Origin: the human T2T-CHM13v2.0 reference genome, Homo sapiens | DNA: 64,000 bases | Direction: 5' to 3' (one strand) | NCBI RefSeq assembly: GCF_009914755.1 | Contig: NC_060948.1 | Shown here: positions 41,303 through 60,646 of the stretch, one piece after another | Layout: each line of letters starts with the position of its first letter | Position numbering within the stretch: the stretch's first letter is position 1 | The notes under the pieces: generated by a model | What the model was told of the DNA's origin: nothing | What the model saw: the letters and a program-made list of their open reading frames with translations, nothing else | Databases searched by the model: none | Position numbers and translations under genes: made by a program

Positions 41303-43407
41303 AGATCCATATTTTTTAAATGAAAAAAAATTTCAAAGGTACTCTGCTTGGTACAATAATCAAATGTATAAACTGAGGAATAAAACATAACCATGAAACC
41401 TACTTATAAGTGCATATGGAAAATACAGAGGATAATTTTTTAAATAACATATTTTGAAAGCCTTAACTAGTAATTTGAAGAGTTGGCATTTGAAAGGCCA
41501 GTATGAATATACCTTCAAAGCAGCAACACAGGTTCCCCATGAGAAAAAGCAAACTCAGGGAAAATAAAACCACAAAGGTTCAATCTCTTCTGACCTTTGA
41601 AAGACACAGCACAGACAGTGGTCCTTAGGACGAAGAGCAGGAGACCCCTAATTCCGTCACCATGGCGATAGGGCATAAACACTGCTGGGTGAGGGCACAA
41701 TCCACATTGTGAGGTCCAACTGCTGCCAGGAAGACAGGAGTGCTTTTACATAGACCGAAAGGTCATTGAAGGCTCAGAGTTTTGTTTCAAGAACTGAATC
41801 CCAAGCCCACACGTTATTAGGCTGCGCTTCTTAAAACAAGTTATGAGATGGGAAAAAGGGCACCCACAAACATACGTATACATTATGTATATAATAATAT
41901 ACAGTATCATATATATAATATATATAACCTATGTATAATATTGTTTTACATCTTGCAACTTATATTATATATATTGTATAAAATATAATAATTGATAATA
42001 TATAAGTTTTATATTTATACAATATGACATATAGTATATATTATAATTTATGACATATATAATATATGTTATATATCATATATAGAATATATTATACGGT
42101 TAACATACGTATTAAATATAAATTATACATTATATGTATTATATATAATATATCTGCTATATATAATACCCATTATGCATAATATATATATTATGTCTAT
42201 GTTATGTATAGTATAAAACAACATATAATAATATATAATTGTATATATAAAATGCGACATATAATATATATTATATTTTATGACATCTGTAATATATATT
42301 ATATATTATATATAATACGTTGTATGTATAATACCTATATTAAATATATATTATATGACTATGTTATTAATTACATGTCACATATGTTATATATTATATA
42401 TTTTACATAGAATATACCGGTTACATACAATATATACTACGTTACCTATAATGTATAATTTATTACATGTAAAATAAAGAATGCAATATATTATGTGTAA
42501 TTTATAATATACAATATGTGGAATGTGATATATATAACATATAATATATGATATATGATATACAGTATATGATATATAACATACAATATATGATACCTAA
42601 TATATATGGTATGCAATATATATTTTATGATATGTATTCTATATGTTTTATATTCTGTTATATATAACTATTTGAAATTATATATAACTGTATAATATTT
42701 TATGTAAATATGTAATATAATATATATAACTATATAATATATTATATATAACTATATATTATGTTATATATACTTTTATATCTTAATTTACATAAAATAT
42801 CATAGTATAATATATATTATATTACTTCATATTACATAATATATATTACATATCACCCAATATAAGTAACATACATAATATTATAATATACATTATATTA
42901 GGTTATATTAAACATCATATATATCATGTATCATATATTCTATAATATATATTATACATTATATAATATGCATGTTGTCTATTATGTGATATATATAACT
43001 ATATATATAATTATATTATTATACATATAACTAGATAAACATGTAATTCTACATATTTTCATTTATAATATATAGAATTACATAATCATATATAATTATT
43101 TATATTCTATAAAAAATTATATCATTATATAAATTATAATATATAAAAATTATAATATGTACTACAAATATATATATTGTATATCATATATGATATAGTA
43201 CCTTTGTTATATATGATAATACATATAAATGTGTATTATGTTATCTATAATTATATAATTTCATATATAAGATGTATAATATTTATTATATATTATATAT
43301 GTTATGTAATATATATAGTATATATAAGATGACACAGGATAAATATTATATACTATGACATATAAAATATATGAGGTTATATGTTACATATAAGGCATAG
43401 CACATAA

Positions 43408-43722
<315 letters not shown>

Positions 43723-45850
43723 AGATCCATATTTTTTAAATGAAAAAAAATTTCAAAGGTACTCTGCTTGGTACAATAATCAAATGTATAAACTGAGGAA
43801 TAAAACATAACCATGAAACCTACTTATAAGTGCATATGGAAAATACAGAGGATAATTTTTTAAATCACATATTTTGAAAGCCTTAACTAGTAATTTGAAG
43901 AGTTGGCATTTGAAAGGCCAGTATGAATATACCTTCAAAGCAGCAACACAGGTTCCCCATGAGAAAAAGCAAACTCAGGGAAAATAAAACCACAAAGGTT
44001 CAATCTCTTCTGACCTTTGAAAGACACAGCACAGACAGTGGTCCTTAGGACGAAGAGCAGGAGACCCCTAATTCCGTCACCATGGCGATAGGGCATAAAC
44101 ACTGCTGGGTGAGGGCACAATCCACATTGTGAGGTCCAACTGCTGCCAGGAAGACAGGAGTGCTTTTACATAGACCGAAAGGTCATTGAAGGCTCAGAGT
44201 TTTGTTTCAAGAACTGAATCCCAAGCCCACACGTTATTAGGCTGCGCTTCTTAAAACAAGTTATGAGATGGGAAAAAGGGCACCCACAAACATACGTATA
44301 CATTATGTATATAATAATATACAGTATCATATATATAATATATATAACCTATGTATAATATTGTTTTACATCTTGCAACTTATATTATATATATTGTATA
44401 AAATATAATAATTGATAATATATAAGTTTTATATTTATACAATATGACATATAGTATATATTATAATTTATGACATATATAATATATGTTATATATCATA
44501 TATAGAATATATTATACGGTTAATATACGTATTAAATATAAATTATACATTATATGTATTATATATAATATATCTGCTATATATAATACCCATTATGCAT
44601 AATATATATATTATGTCTATGTTATGTATAGTATAAAACAACATATAATAATATATAATTGTATATATAAAATGCGACATATAATATATATTATATTTTA
44701 TGACATCTGTAATATATATTATATATTATATATAATACGTTGTATGTATAATACCTATATTAAATATATATTATATGACTATGTTATTAATTACATGTCA
44801 CATATGTTATATATTATATAGTTTACATAGAATATACCGGTTACATACAATATATACTACGTTACCTAAAATGTATAATTTATTACATGTAAAATAAAGA
44901 ATGCAATATATTATGTGTAATTTATAATATACAATATGTGGAATGTGATATATATAACATATAATATATGATATATGATATACAGTATATGATATATAAC
45001 ATACAATATATGATACCTAATATATGTGGTATACAATATATATTTTATGATATGTATTCTATATGTTTTATATTCTGTTATATATAACTATTTGAAATTA
45101 TATATAACTGTATAATATTTTATGTAAATATGTAATATAATATATATAACTATATAATATATTATATATAACTATATATTATGTTATATATACTTTTATA
45201 TCTTAATTTACATAAAATATCATAGTATAATATATATTATATTACTTCATATTACATAATATATATTACATATCACCCAATATAAGTAACATACATAATA
45301 TTATAATATACATTATATTAGGTTATATTAAACATCATATATATCATGTATCATATATTCTATAATATATATTATACATTATATAATATGCATGTTGTCT
45401 ATTATGTGATATATATAACTATATATATAATTATATTATTATACATATAACTAGATAAACATGTAATTCTACATATTTTCATTTATAATATATAGAATTA
45501 CATAATCATATATAATTATTTATATTCTATAAAAAATTATATCATTATATAAATTATAATATATAAAAATTATTATATGTACTACAAATATATATATTGT
45601 ATATCATATATGATATAGTACCTTTGTTATATATGATAATACATATAAATGTGTATTATGTTATCTATAATTATATAATTTCATATATAAGATGTATAAT
45701 ATTTATTATATATTATATATGTTATGTAATATATATAGTATATATAAGATGACACAGGATAAATATTATATACTATGACATATAAAATATATGAGGTTAT
45801 ATGTTACATATAAGGCATAGCACATAACATGTAATATATATCATCTATAA

Positions 45851-46142
<292 letters not shown>

Positions 46143-48246
46143 AGATCCATATTTTTTAAATGAAAAAAAATTTCAAAGGTACTCTGCTTGGTACAATAAT
46201 CAAATGTATAAACTGAGGAATAAAACATAACCATGAAACCTACTTATAAGTGCATATGGAAAATACAGAGGATAATTTTTTAAATAACATATTTTGAAAG
46301 CCTTAACTAGTAATTTGAAGGGTTGGCATTTGAAAGGCCAGTATGAATATACCTTCAAAGCAGCAACACAGGTTCCCCATGAGAAAAAGCAAACTCAGGG
46401 AAAATAAAACCACAAAGGTTCAATCTCTTCTGACCTTTGAAAGACACAGCACAGACAGTGGTCCTTAGGACGAAGAGCAGGAGACCCCTAATTCCGTCAC
46501 CATGGCGATAGGGCATAAACACTGCTGGGTGAGGGCACAATCCACATTGTGAGGTCCAACTGCTGCCAGGAAGACAGGAGTGCTTTTACATAGACCGAAA
46601 GGTCATTGAAGGCTCAGAGTTTTGTTTCAAGAACTGAATCCCAAGCCCACACGTTATTAGGCTGCGCTTCTTAAAACAAGTTATGAGATGGGAAAAAGGG
46701 CACCCACAAACATACGTATACATTATGTATATAATAATATACAGTATCATAAATATAATATATATAACCTATGTATAATATTGTTTTACATCCTGCATCT
46801 TATATTATATATATTGTATAAAATATAATAATTGATAATATATAAGTTTTATATTTATACAATATGACATATAGTATATATTATAATTTATGACATATAT
46901 AATATATGTTATATATCATATATAGAATATATTATACGGTTAATATACGTATTAAATATAAATTATACATTATATGTATTATATATAATATATCTGCTAT
47001 ATATAATACCCATTATGCATAATATATATATTATGTCTATGTTATGTATAGTATAAAACAACATATAATAATATATAATTGTATATATAAAATGCGACAT
47101 ATAATATATATTATATTTTATGACATCTGTAATATATATTATATATTATATACAATACGTTGTATGTATAATACCTATATTAAATATATATTATATGACT
47201 ATGTTATTAATTACATGTCACATATGTTATATATTATATAGTTTACATAGAATATACCGGTTACATACAATATATACTATGTTACCTATAATGTATAATT
47301 TATTACATGTAAAATAAAGAATGCAATATATTATGTGTAATTTATAATATACAATATGTGGAATGTGATATATATAACATATAATATATGATATATGATA
47401 TACAGTATATGATATATAACATACAATATATGATACCTAATATATATGGTATACAATATATATTTTATGATATGTATTCTATATGTTTTATATTCTGTTA
47501 TATATAACTATTTGAAATTATATATAACTGTATAATATTTTATGTAAATATGTAATATAATATAAATAACTATATAATATATTATATATAAATACATATT
47601 ATGTTATATATACTTTTATAACATAATTTACATAAAATATCATAATATAATATATATTATATTATTTCATATTACATAATATATATTACATATCACCCAA
47701 TATAAGTAACATACATAATATTATAATATAGATTATATTATGTTATATTAAATATCATATATATCATGTATCATATAATCTATAATATATATTATACATT
47801 ATATAATATGTATGTTGTCTATTATGTGATATATATAACTATATATATAATTATATTATTATACATATAACTAGATAAACATGTAATTCTACATATTTTC
47901 ATTTATAATGTATAGAATTATATAATCATATATAATTATTTATATTCTATAAAAAATTATATCATTATAAAAATTATAATATATAAAAATTATAATATGT
48001 ACTACAAATATATATATTATATATCATATATGATATAGTACCTTTGTTATATATCATAATACATATAAATGTGTATTATGTTATCTATAATTATATAATT
48101 TCATATATTAATGTATAATATTTATTATATATTATATATGTTATGTAATATATATGGTATATATAAGATGACACAGGATAAATATTATATACTATGACAT
48201 ATAAAATATATGAGGTTATATGTTACATATAAGGCATAGCACATAA

Positions 48247-48561
<315 letters not shown>

Positions 48562-50664
48562 AGATCCATATTTTTTAAATGAAAAAAAATTTAAAAGGTA
48601 CTCTGCTTGGTACAATAATCAAATGTATAAACTGAGGAATAAAACATAACCATGAAACCTACTTATAACTGCATATGGAAAATACAGAGGATAATTTTTT
48701 AAATAACATATTTTGAAAGCCTTAACTAGTAATTTGAAGAGTTGGCATTTGAAAGGCCAGTATGAATATACCTTCAAAGCAGCAACACAGGTTCCCCATG
48801 AGAAAAAGCAAACTCAGGGAAAATAAAACCACAAAGGTTCAATCTCTTCTGACCTTTGAAAGACACAGCACAGACAGTGGCCCTTAGGACGAAGAGCAGG
48901 AGACCCCTAATTCCGTCACCATGGCGATAGGGCATAAACACTGCTGGGTGAGGGCACAATCCACATTGTGAGGTCCAACTGCTGCCAGGAAGACAGGAGT
49001 GCTTTTACATAGACCGAAAGGTCATTGAAGGCTCAGAGTTTTGTTTCAAGAACTGAATCCCAAGCCCACACGTCATTAGGCTGCGCTTCTTAAAACAAGT
49101 TATGAGATGGGAAAAAGGGCACCCACAAACATACGTATACATTATGTATATAATAATATACAGTATCATATATATAATATATATAACCTATGTATAATAT
49201 TGTTTTACATCCTGCATCTTATATTATATATATTGTGTAAAATATAATAATTGATAATATATAAGTTTTATATTTATACAATAAGACATATAGTATATAT
49301 TATAATTTATGACATATATAATATATGTTATATATCATATATAGAATATATTATACGGTTAACATACGTATTAAATATAAATTATACATTATATGTATTA
49401 TATATAATATATCTGCTATATATAATACCCATTATGCATAATATATATATTATGTCTATGTTATGTATAGTATAAAACAACATATAATAATATATAATTG
49501 TATATATAAAATGCGACATATAATATATATTATATTTTATGACATCTGTAATATATATTATATATTATATATAATACGTTGTACGTATAATACCTATATT
49601 AAATATATATTATATGACTATGTTATTAATTACATGTCACATATGTTATATATTATATATTTTACATAGAATATACCGGTTACATACAATATATACTATG
49701 TTACCTATAATGTATAATATATTACATTTAAAATAAAGAATGCAATATATTATGTATAATTTATAATATACAATATGTGGAATGTGATATATATAACATA
49801 TAATATATGATATATGATATACAGTATATGATATATAACATACAATATATGATACATAATATATATGGTATACAATATATATTTTATGATATGTATTCTA
49901 TATGTTTCATATTCTGTTATATATAACTATTTGAAATTAAATATAACTGTATAATATTTTATGTAAATATGTAATATAATATATAAATATGTAATATATT
50001 ATATATAACTATATATTATGTTATATATACTTTTATAACATAATTTACATAAAATATCATAATATAATATATATTATATTATTTCATATTACATAATATA
50101 TATTATATATCACCCAATATAAGTAACATACATAATATTATATTATACATTATTTTATGTTATATTAAATATCATATATATCATGTATCATATATTCTAT
50201 AATATATATTATACATTATATAATATGTATGTTGTCTATTATGTGATATTTATAACTATATATATAATTATATTATTATACATATAACTAGATAAACATG
50301 TAATTCTACATATTTTCATTTATAATATATAGAATTATATAATCATATATAATTATTTATATTCTATAAAAAATTATAGCTTTATATAAATTATAATATA
50401 TAAAAATTATAATATGTACTACAAATATATATATTGTATATCATATATGATATAGTACCTTTGTTATATATGATAATACATATAAATGTGTATTATGTTA
50501 TCTATAATTATATAATTTCATATATAAGATGTATAATATTTATTATATATTATATATGTTATGTAATATATATAGTATATATAAGATGACACAGGATAAA
50601 TATTATATACTATGACATATAAAATATATGAGGTTATATGTTACATATAAGGCATAGCACATAA

Positions 50665-50979
<315 letters not shown>

Positions 50980-53084
50980 AGATCCATATTTTTTAAATGA
51001 AAAAAAATTTCAAAGGTACTCTGCTTGGTACAATAATCAAATGTATAAACTGAGGAATAAAACATAACCATGAAACCTACTTATAACTGCATATGGAAAA
51101 TACAGAGGATAATTTTTTAAATCACATATTTTGAAAGCCTTAACTAGTAATTTGAAGAGTTGGCATTTGAAAGGCCAGTATGAATATACCTTCAAAGCAG
51201 CAACACAGGTTCCCCATGAGAAAAAGCAAACTCAGGGAAAATAAAACCACAAAGGTTCAATCTCTTCTGACCTTTGAAAGACACAGCACAGACAGTGGTC
51301 CTTAGGACGAAGAGCAGGAGACCCCTAATTCCGTCACCATGGCGATAGGGCATAAACACTGCTGGGTGAGGGCACAATCCACATTGTGAGGTCCAACTGC
51401 TGCCAGGAAGACAGGAGTGCTTTTACATAGACCGAAAGGTCATTGAAGGCTCAGAGTTTTGTTTCAAGAACTGAATCCCAAGCCCACACGTTATTAGGCT
51501 GCGCTTCTTAAAACAAGTTATGAGATGGGAAAAAGGGCACCCACAAACATACGTATACATTATGTATATAATAATATACAGTATCATATATATAATATAT
51601 ATAACCTATGTATAATATTGTTTTACATCCTGCATCTTATATTATATATATTGTGTAAAATATAATAATTGATAATATATAAGTTTTATATTTATACCAC
51701 ATGACATATAGTATATATTATAATTTATGACATATATAATATATGTTATATATCATATATAGAATATATTATACGGTTAACATACGTATTAAATATAAAT
51801 TATACATTATATGTATTATATATAATATATCTGCTATATATAATACCCATTATGCATAATATATATATTATGTCTATGTTATGTATAGTATAAAACAACA
51901 TATAATAATATATAATTGTATATATAAAATGCGACATATAATATATATTATATTTTATGACATCTGTAATATATATTATATATTATATATAATACGTTGT
52001 ATGTATAATACCTATATTAAATATATATTATATGACTATGTTATTAATTACATGTCACATATGTTATATATTATATAGTTTACATAGAATATACCGGTTA
52101 CATACAATATATACTATGTTACCTATAATGTATAATTTATTACATGTAAAATAATGAATGCAATATATTATGTGTAATTTATAATATACAATATGTGGAA
52201 TGTGATATATATAACATATAATATATGATATATGATATACAGTATATGATATATAACATACAATATATGATACCTAATATATATGGTATACAATATATAT
52301 TTTATGATATGTATTCTATATGTTTTATATTCTGTTATATATAACTATTTGAAATTATATATAACTGTATAATATTTTATGTAAATATGTAATATAATAT
52401 ATATAACTATATAATATATTATATATAACTATATATTATGTTATATATACTTTTATAACTTAATTTACATAAAATATCATAGTATAATATATATTATATT
52501 ACTTCATATTACATAATATATATTACATATCACCCAATATAAGTAACATACATAATATTATAATATACATTATATTATGTTATATTAAATATCATATATA
52601 TCATGTATCATATATTCTATAATATATATTATACATTATATAATATGCATGTTGTCTATTATGTGATATATATAACTATATATATAATTATATTATTATA
52701 CATATATCTAGATAAACATGTAATTCTACATATTTTCATTTATAATATATAGAATTACATAATCATATATAATTATTTATATTCTATAAAAAATTATATC
52801 ATTATATAAATTATAATATATAAAAATTATAATATGTACTACAAATATATATATTATATATCATATATGATATAGTACCTTTGTTATATATGATAATACA
52901 TATAAATGTGTATTATGTTATCTATAATTATATAATTTCATATATAAGATGTATAATATTTATTATATATTATATATGTTATGTAATATATATAGTATAT
53001 ATAAGATGACACAGGATAAATATTATATACTATGACATATAAAATATATGAGGTTATATGTTAGATATAAGGCATAGCACATAA

Positions 53085-53399
<315 letters not shown>

Positions 53400-55502
53400 A
53401 GATCCATATTTTTTAAATGAAAAAAAATTTCAAAGGTACTCTGCTTGGTACAATAATCAAATGTATAAACTGAGGAATAAAACATAACCATGAAACCTAC
53501 TTATAAGTGCATATGGAAAATACAGAGGATAATTTTTTAAATAACATATTTTGAAAGCCTTAACTAGTAATTTGAAGAGTTGGCATTTGAAAGGCCAGTA
53601 TGAATATACCTTCAAAGCAGCAACACAGGTTCCCCATGAGAAAAAGCAAACTCAGGGAAAATAAAACCACAAAGGTTCAATCTCTTCTGACCTTTGAAAG
53701 ACACAGCACAGACAGTGGTCCTTAGGACGAAGAGCAGGAGACCCCTAATTCCGTCACCATGGCGATAGGGCATAAACACTGCTGGGTGAGGGCACAATCC
53801 ACATTGTGAGGTCCAACTGCTGCCAGGAAGACAGGAGTGCTTTTACATAGACCGAAAGGTCATTGAAGGCTCAGAGTTTTGTTTCAAGAACTGAATCCCA
53901 AGCCCACACGTTATTAGGCTGCGCTTCTTAAAACAAGTTATGAGATGGGAAAAAGGGCACCCACAAACATACGTATACATTATGTATATAATAATATACA
54001 GTATCATATATATAATATATATAACCTATGTATAATATTGTTTTACATCCTGCATCTTATATTATATATATTGTATAAAATATAATAATTGATAATATAT
54101 AAGTTTTATATTTATACAATATGACATATAGTATATATTATAATTTATGACATATATAATATATGTTATATATCATATATAGAATATATTATACGGTTAA
54201 CATACGTATTAAATATAAATTATACATTATATGTATTATATATAATATATCTGCTATATATAATACCCATTATGCATAATATATATATTATGTCTATGTT
54301 ATGTATAGTATAAAACAACATATAATAATATATAATTGTATATATAAAATGCGACATATAATATATATTATATTTTATGACATCTGTAATATATATTATA
54401 TATTATATATAATACGTTGTATGTATAATACCTATATTAAATATATATTATATGACTATGTTATTAATTACATGTCACATATGTTATATATTATATATTT
54501 TACATAGAATATACCGGTTACATACAATATATACTATGTTACCTATAATGTATAATATATTACATGTAAAATAAAGAATGCAATATATTATGTATAATTT
54601 ATAATATACCATATGTGGAATGTGATATATATAACATATAATATATGATATATGATATACAGTATATGATATATAACATACAATATATGATACATAATAT
54701 ATATGGTATACAATATATATTTTATGATATGTATTCTATATGTTTTATATTCTGTTATATATAACTATTTGAAATTATATATAACTGTATAATATTTTAT
54801 GTAAATATGTAATATAATATATAAATATGTAATATATTATATATAACTATATATTATGTTATATATACTTTTATAACATAATTTACATAAAATATCATAA
54901 TATAATATATATTATATTATTTCATATTACATAATATATATTATATATCACCCAATATAAGTAACATACATAATATTATAATATAGATTATATTATGTTA
55001 TATTAAATATCATATATATCATGTATCATATATTCTATAATATATATTATACATTATATAATATGTATGTTGTCTATTATGTGATATATATAACTATATA
55101 TATAATTATATTATTATACATATATCTAGATAAACATGTAATTCTACATATTTTCATTTATAATATATAGAATTATATAATCATATATAATTATTTATAT
55201 TGTATAAAAAATTATAGCTTTATATAAATTATAATATATAAAAATTATAATATGTACTACAAATATATATATTGTATATCATATATGATATAGTACCTTT
55301 GTTATATATGATAATACATATAAATGTGTATTATGTTATCTATAATTATATAATTTCATATATAAGATGTATAATATTTATTATATATTATATATGTTAT
55401 GTAATATATATAGTATATATAAGATGACACAGGATAAATATTATATACTATGACATATAAAATATATGAGGTTATATGTTACATATAAGGCATAGCACAT
55501 AA

Positions 55503-55817
<315 letters not shown>

Positions 55818-57938
55818 AGATCCATATTTTTTAAATGAAAAAAAATTTCAAAGGTACTCTGCTTGGTACAATAATCAAATGTATAAACTGAGGAATAAAA
55901 CATAACCATGAAACCTACTTATAACTGCATATGGAAAATACAGAGGAAAATTTTTTAAATCACATATTTTGAAAGCCTTAACTAGTAATTTGAAGAGTTG
56001 GCATTTGAAAGGCCAGTATGAATATACCTTCAAAGCAGCAACACAGGTTCCCCATGAGAAAAAGCAAACACAGGGAAAATAAAAACACAAAGGTTCAATC
56101 TCTTCTGACCTTTGAAAGACACAGCACAGACAGTGGTCCTTAGGACGAAGAGCAGGAGACCCCTAATTCCGTCACCATGGCGATAGGGCATAAACATTGC
56201 TGGGTGAGGGCACAATCCACATTGTGAGGTCCAACTGCTGCCAGGAAGACAGGAGTGCTTTTACATAGACCGAAAGGTCATTGAAGGCTCAGAGTTTTGT
56301 TTCAAGAACTGAATCCCAAGCCCACACGTTATTAGGCTGCGCTTCTTAAAACAAGTTATGAGATGGGAAAAAGGGCATCCACAAACATACGTATACATTA
56401 TGTATATAATAATATACAGTGTCATATATATAATATATATAACCTATGTATAATATTGTTTTACATCCTTCATCTTCTGTTATATATATTGTATAAAATA
56501 TAATAATTGATAATATATAAGTTTTATAATTATACAATATGACATATAGTATATATTATAATTTATGACATATATAATATATGTTATATATCATATATAG
56601 AATATATTATACGGTTAATATACGTATTAAATATAAATTATACATTATATATATTATATATAATATATCTGTTATATATAATACCCATTATGCATAATAT
56701 ATATATTATGTCTATGTTACATATAGTATAAAACAACATATAATAATATATAATTGTATATATAAAATGCGACATATAATATATATTATATTTTATAACA
56801 TATGCAATATATATTATATATAATACGTTGTATGTATAATACCTATATTAAATATATATTATATGACTATGTTATTAATTACATGTCACATGTGTTATAT
56901 ATTATATATTTTACATAGAATATACCGGTTACATACAATATATACTATGTTACCTATAATGTATAATTTATTACATGTAAAATAAAGAATGCAATATATT
57001 ATGTAAAATTTATAATATACATTATGTGGAATGTGATATATATAACATATAATATATGATATATGATATACAGTATATGATATATAACATACAATATATG
57101 ATTCCTAATATATATGGTATACAATATATATTTTATGATATGTATTCTATATGTTTTATATTCTGTTATATATAACTATTTGAAATTATATATAACTGTA
57201 TAATATTTTATGTAAATATGTAATATAATATATATAACTATATAATATATTATATATAACTATATATTATGTTATATATACTTTTATAACATAATTTACA
57301 TAAAATATCATAATATAATATATATTATATTATTTCATATTACATAATATATATTACATATCACCCAATATAACTAACATACATAATATTATAATATAGA
57401 TTATATTATGTTATATGAAATATCATATATATCATGTATCATATATTCTATAATATATATTACACATTATATAATATGTATGTTGTCTATTATGTGATAT
57501 ATATAACTCTATATATAATTATATTATTATACATATAACTAGATAAACATGTAATTCTACATATTTTCATTTATAATATGTAGAATTATATAATCATATA
57601 TAATTATTTATATTCTATAAAAAATTTTATCATTATATAAATTATAATATATAAAAATTATAATATGTACTACAAATATATATATTATATATCATATATG
57701 ATATAGTACCTTTGTTATATATCATAATACATATAAATGTGTATTATGTTATCTATAATTATATAATTTCATATATAAGATGTATAATATGTATCATATA
57801 TTATATATGTTATGTAATACATATAGTATATATAAGATGACACAGGATAAATATTATATACTATGACATATAAAATATATGAGGTTATATGTTACATATA
57901 AGGCATAGCACATAACATGTAATATATACCATATATAA

Positions 57939-58230
57939 TTTTTTTTTAGACAGAATCTTGTCCTGTTGCACAGGGTGGGGTACAATGGCGCCATCTTTGC
58001 TCACTGCAACTTCTGCCTCACGGGTCCAAGCGATTGTCCTCCCTCAGCCTCCCAGGTAGCTGGGACCACACCACACTGGGACTACACCAGCTGCCACCAT
58101 GCCTAGCTAATTTTTTGGATTTTTAGTAGTGACAGCGTTTCACTGTATTGGCCAGGATGGTCTTGATCTCTTCACCTTGTGATCCCCTTGCCTTGGCCTC
58201 CAAATTTGCTGGGATTACAGGCCTGAGCCA
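57939..58230 (-). mobile_element. Diverged Alu, unit 25
   Basis: Same Alu; CAGAATC / GTGGGGTAC / CAACTTC / GGGACCAC variant set. Confidence 0.95.
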
Positions 58231-60331
58231 AGATCCATATTTTTTAAATGAAAAAAAATTTCAAAGGTACTCTGCTTGGTACAATAATCAAATGTATAAA
58301 CTGAGGAATAAAACATAACCATGAAACCTACTTATAACTGCATATGGAAAATACAGAGGATAATTTTTTAAATAACATATTTTGAAAGCCTTAACTAGTA
58401 ATTTGAAGAGTTGGCATTTGAAAGGCCAGTATGAATATACCTTCAAAGCAGCAACACAGGTTCCCCATGAGAAAAAGCAAACACAGGGAAAATAAAAACA
58501 CAAAGGTTCAATCTCTTCTGACCTTTGAAAGACACAGCAAAGACAGTGGTCCTTAGGACGAAGAGCAGGAGACCCCTAATTCCGTCACCATGGCGATAGG
58601 GTATAAACATTGCTGGGTGAGGGCACAATCCACATTGTGAGGTCCAACTGCTGCCAGGAAGACAGGAGTGCTTTTACATAGACCGAAAGGTCATTGAAGG
58701 CTCAGAGTTTTGTTTCAAGAACTGAATCCCAAGCCCACACGTTATTAGGCTGCGCTTCTTAAAACAAGTTATGAGATGGGAAAAAGGGCACCCACAAACA
58801 TACGTATACATTATGTATATAATAATATACAGTATCATATATATAATATATATAACCTATGTATAATATTGTTTTACATCCTGCATCTTATGTTATATAT
58901 ATTGTATAAAATATAATAATTGTTAATATATAAGTTTTATATTTATAAAATATGACATATAGTATATATTATAATTTATGACATATATAATATATGTTAT
59001 ATATCATATATACAATATATTATACGGTTAATATACGTATTAAATATAAATTATACATTATATATATTATATATAATATATCTGTTATATATAATACCCA
59101 TTATACATAATATATATATTATGTCTATGTTATATATAGTATAAAACAACATATAATAATATATAATTGTATATATAAAATGCAACATATAATATATGTT
59201 ATATTTTATAACATATGTAATATATATTATATATTATATATAATACGTTGTATGCATAATACCTATATTAAATATATATTATATGACTATGTTATTAATT
59301 ACATGTCACATGTGTTATATATTATATATTTTACATAGAATATACCGGTTACATACAATATATACTATGTTACCTATAATGTATAATTGATTACATGTAA
59401 AATAAAGAATGCAATATATTATGTATAATTTATAATATACAATATGTGGAATGTGATATATATAACATATAATATATGATATATGATATACAGTATATGA
59501 TATATAACATACAATATATGATTCCTAATATATATGGTATACAATATATATTTTATGATATGTATTCTATATGTTTTATATTCTGTTATATATAACTATT
59601 TGAAATTATATATAACTGTATAATATTTTATGTAAATATGTAATATAATATATAACTATATAATATATTATATATAACTATATATTATGTTATATATACT
59701 TTTATAACATAATTTACATAAAATATCATAACATAATATATATTATATTATTTCATATTACATAATATATATTACATATCACCCAATATAACTAACATAC
59801 AAAATATTATAATATAGATTATATTGTTATATTAAATATCATATATATCATGTGTCATATATTCTATAATATATATTACACATTATATAATATGTATGTT
59901 GTCTATTATGTGATATATATAACTCTATATATAATTTTATTTTTATACATATAACTAGATAAACATGTAATTCTACATATTTTCATTTATAATATGTAGA
60001 ATTATATAATCATATATAATTATTTATATTCTATAAAAAATTTTATCATTATATAAATTATAATATATAAAAATTATAATATGTACTACAAATATATATA
60101 TTATATATCATATATGATATAGTACCTTTGTTATATATCATAATACATATAAATGTGTATTATGTTATCTATAATTATATAATTTCATATATAAGATGTA
60201 TAATATGTATCATATATTATATATGTTATGTAATATACATAGTATATATAAGATGACACAGGATAAATATTATATACTATGACATATAAAATATATCAGG
60301 TTATATGTTACATATAAGGCATAGCACATAA

Positions 60332-60646
<315 letters not shown>

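Noticed and set aside
48879-48882. Extra HaeIII site (GTGGCCCTT) in unit 21
   Set aside because: Single private SNV; useful only as a marker.
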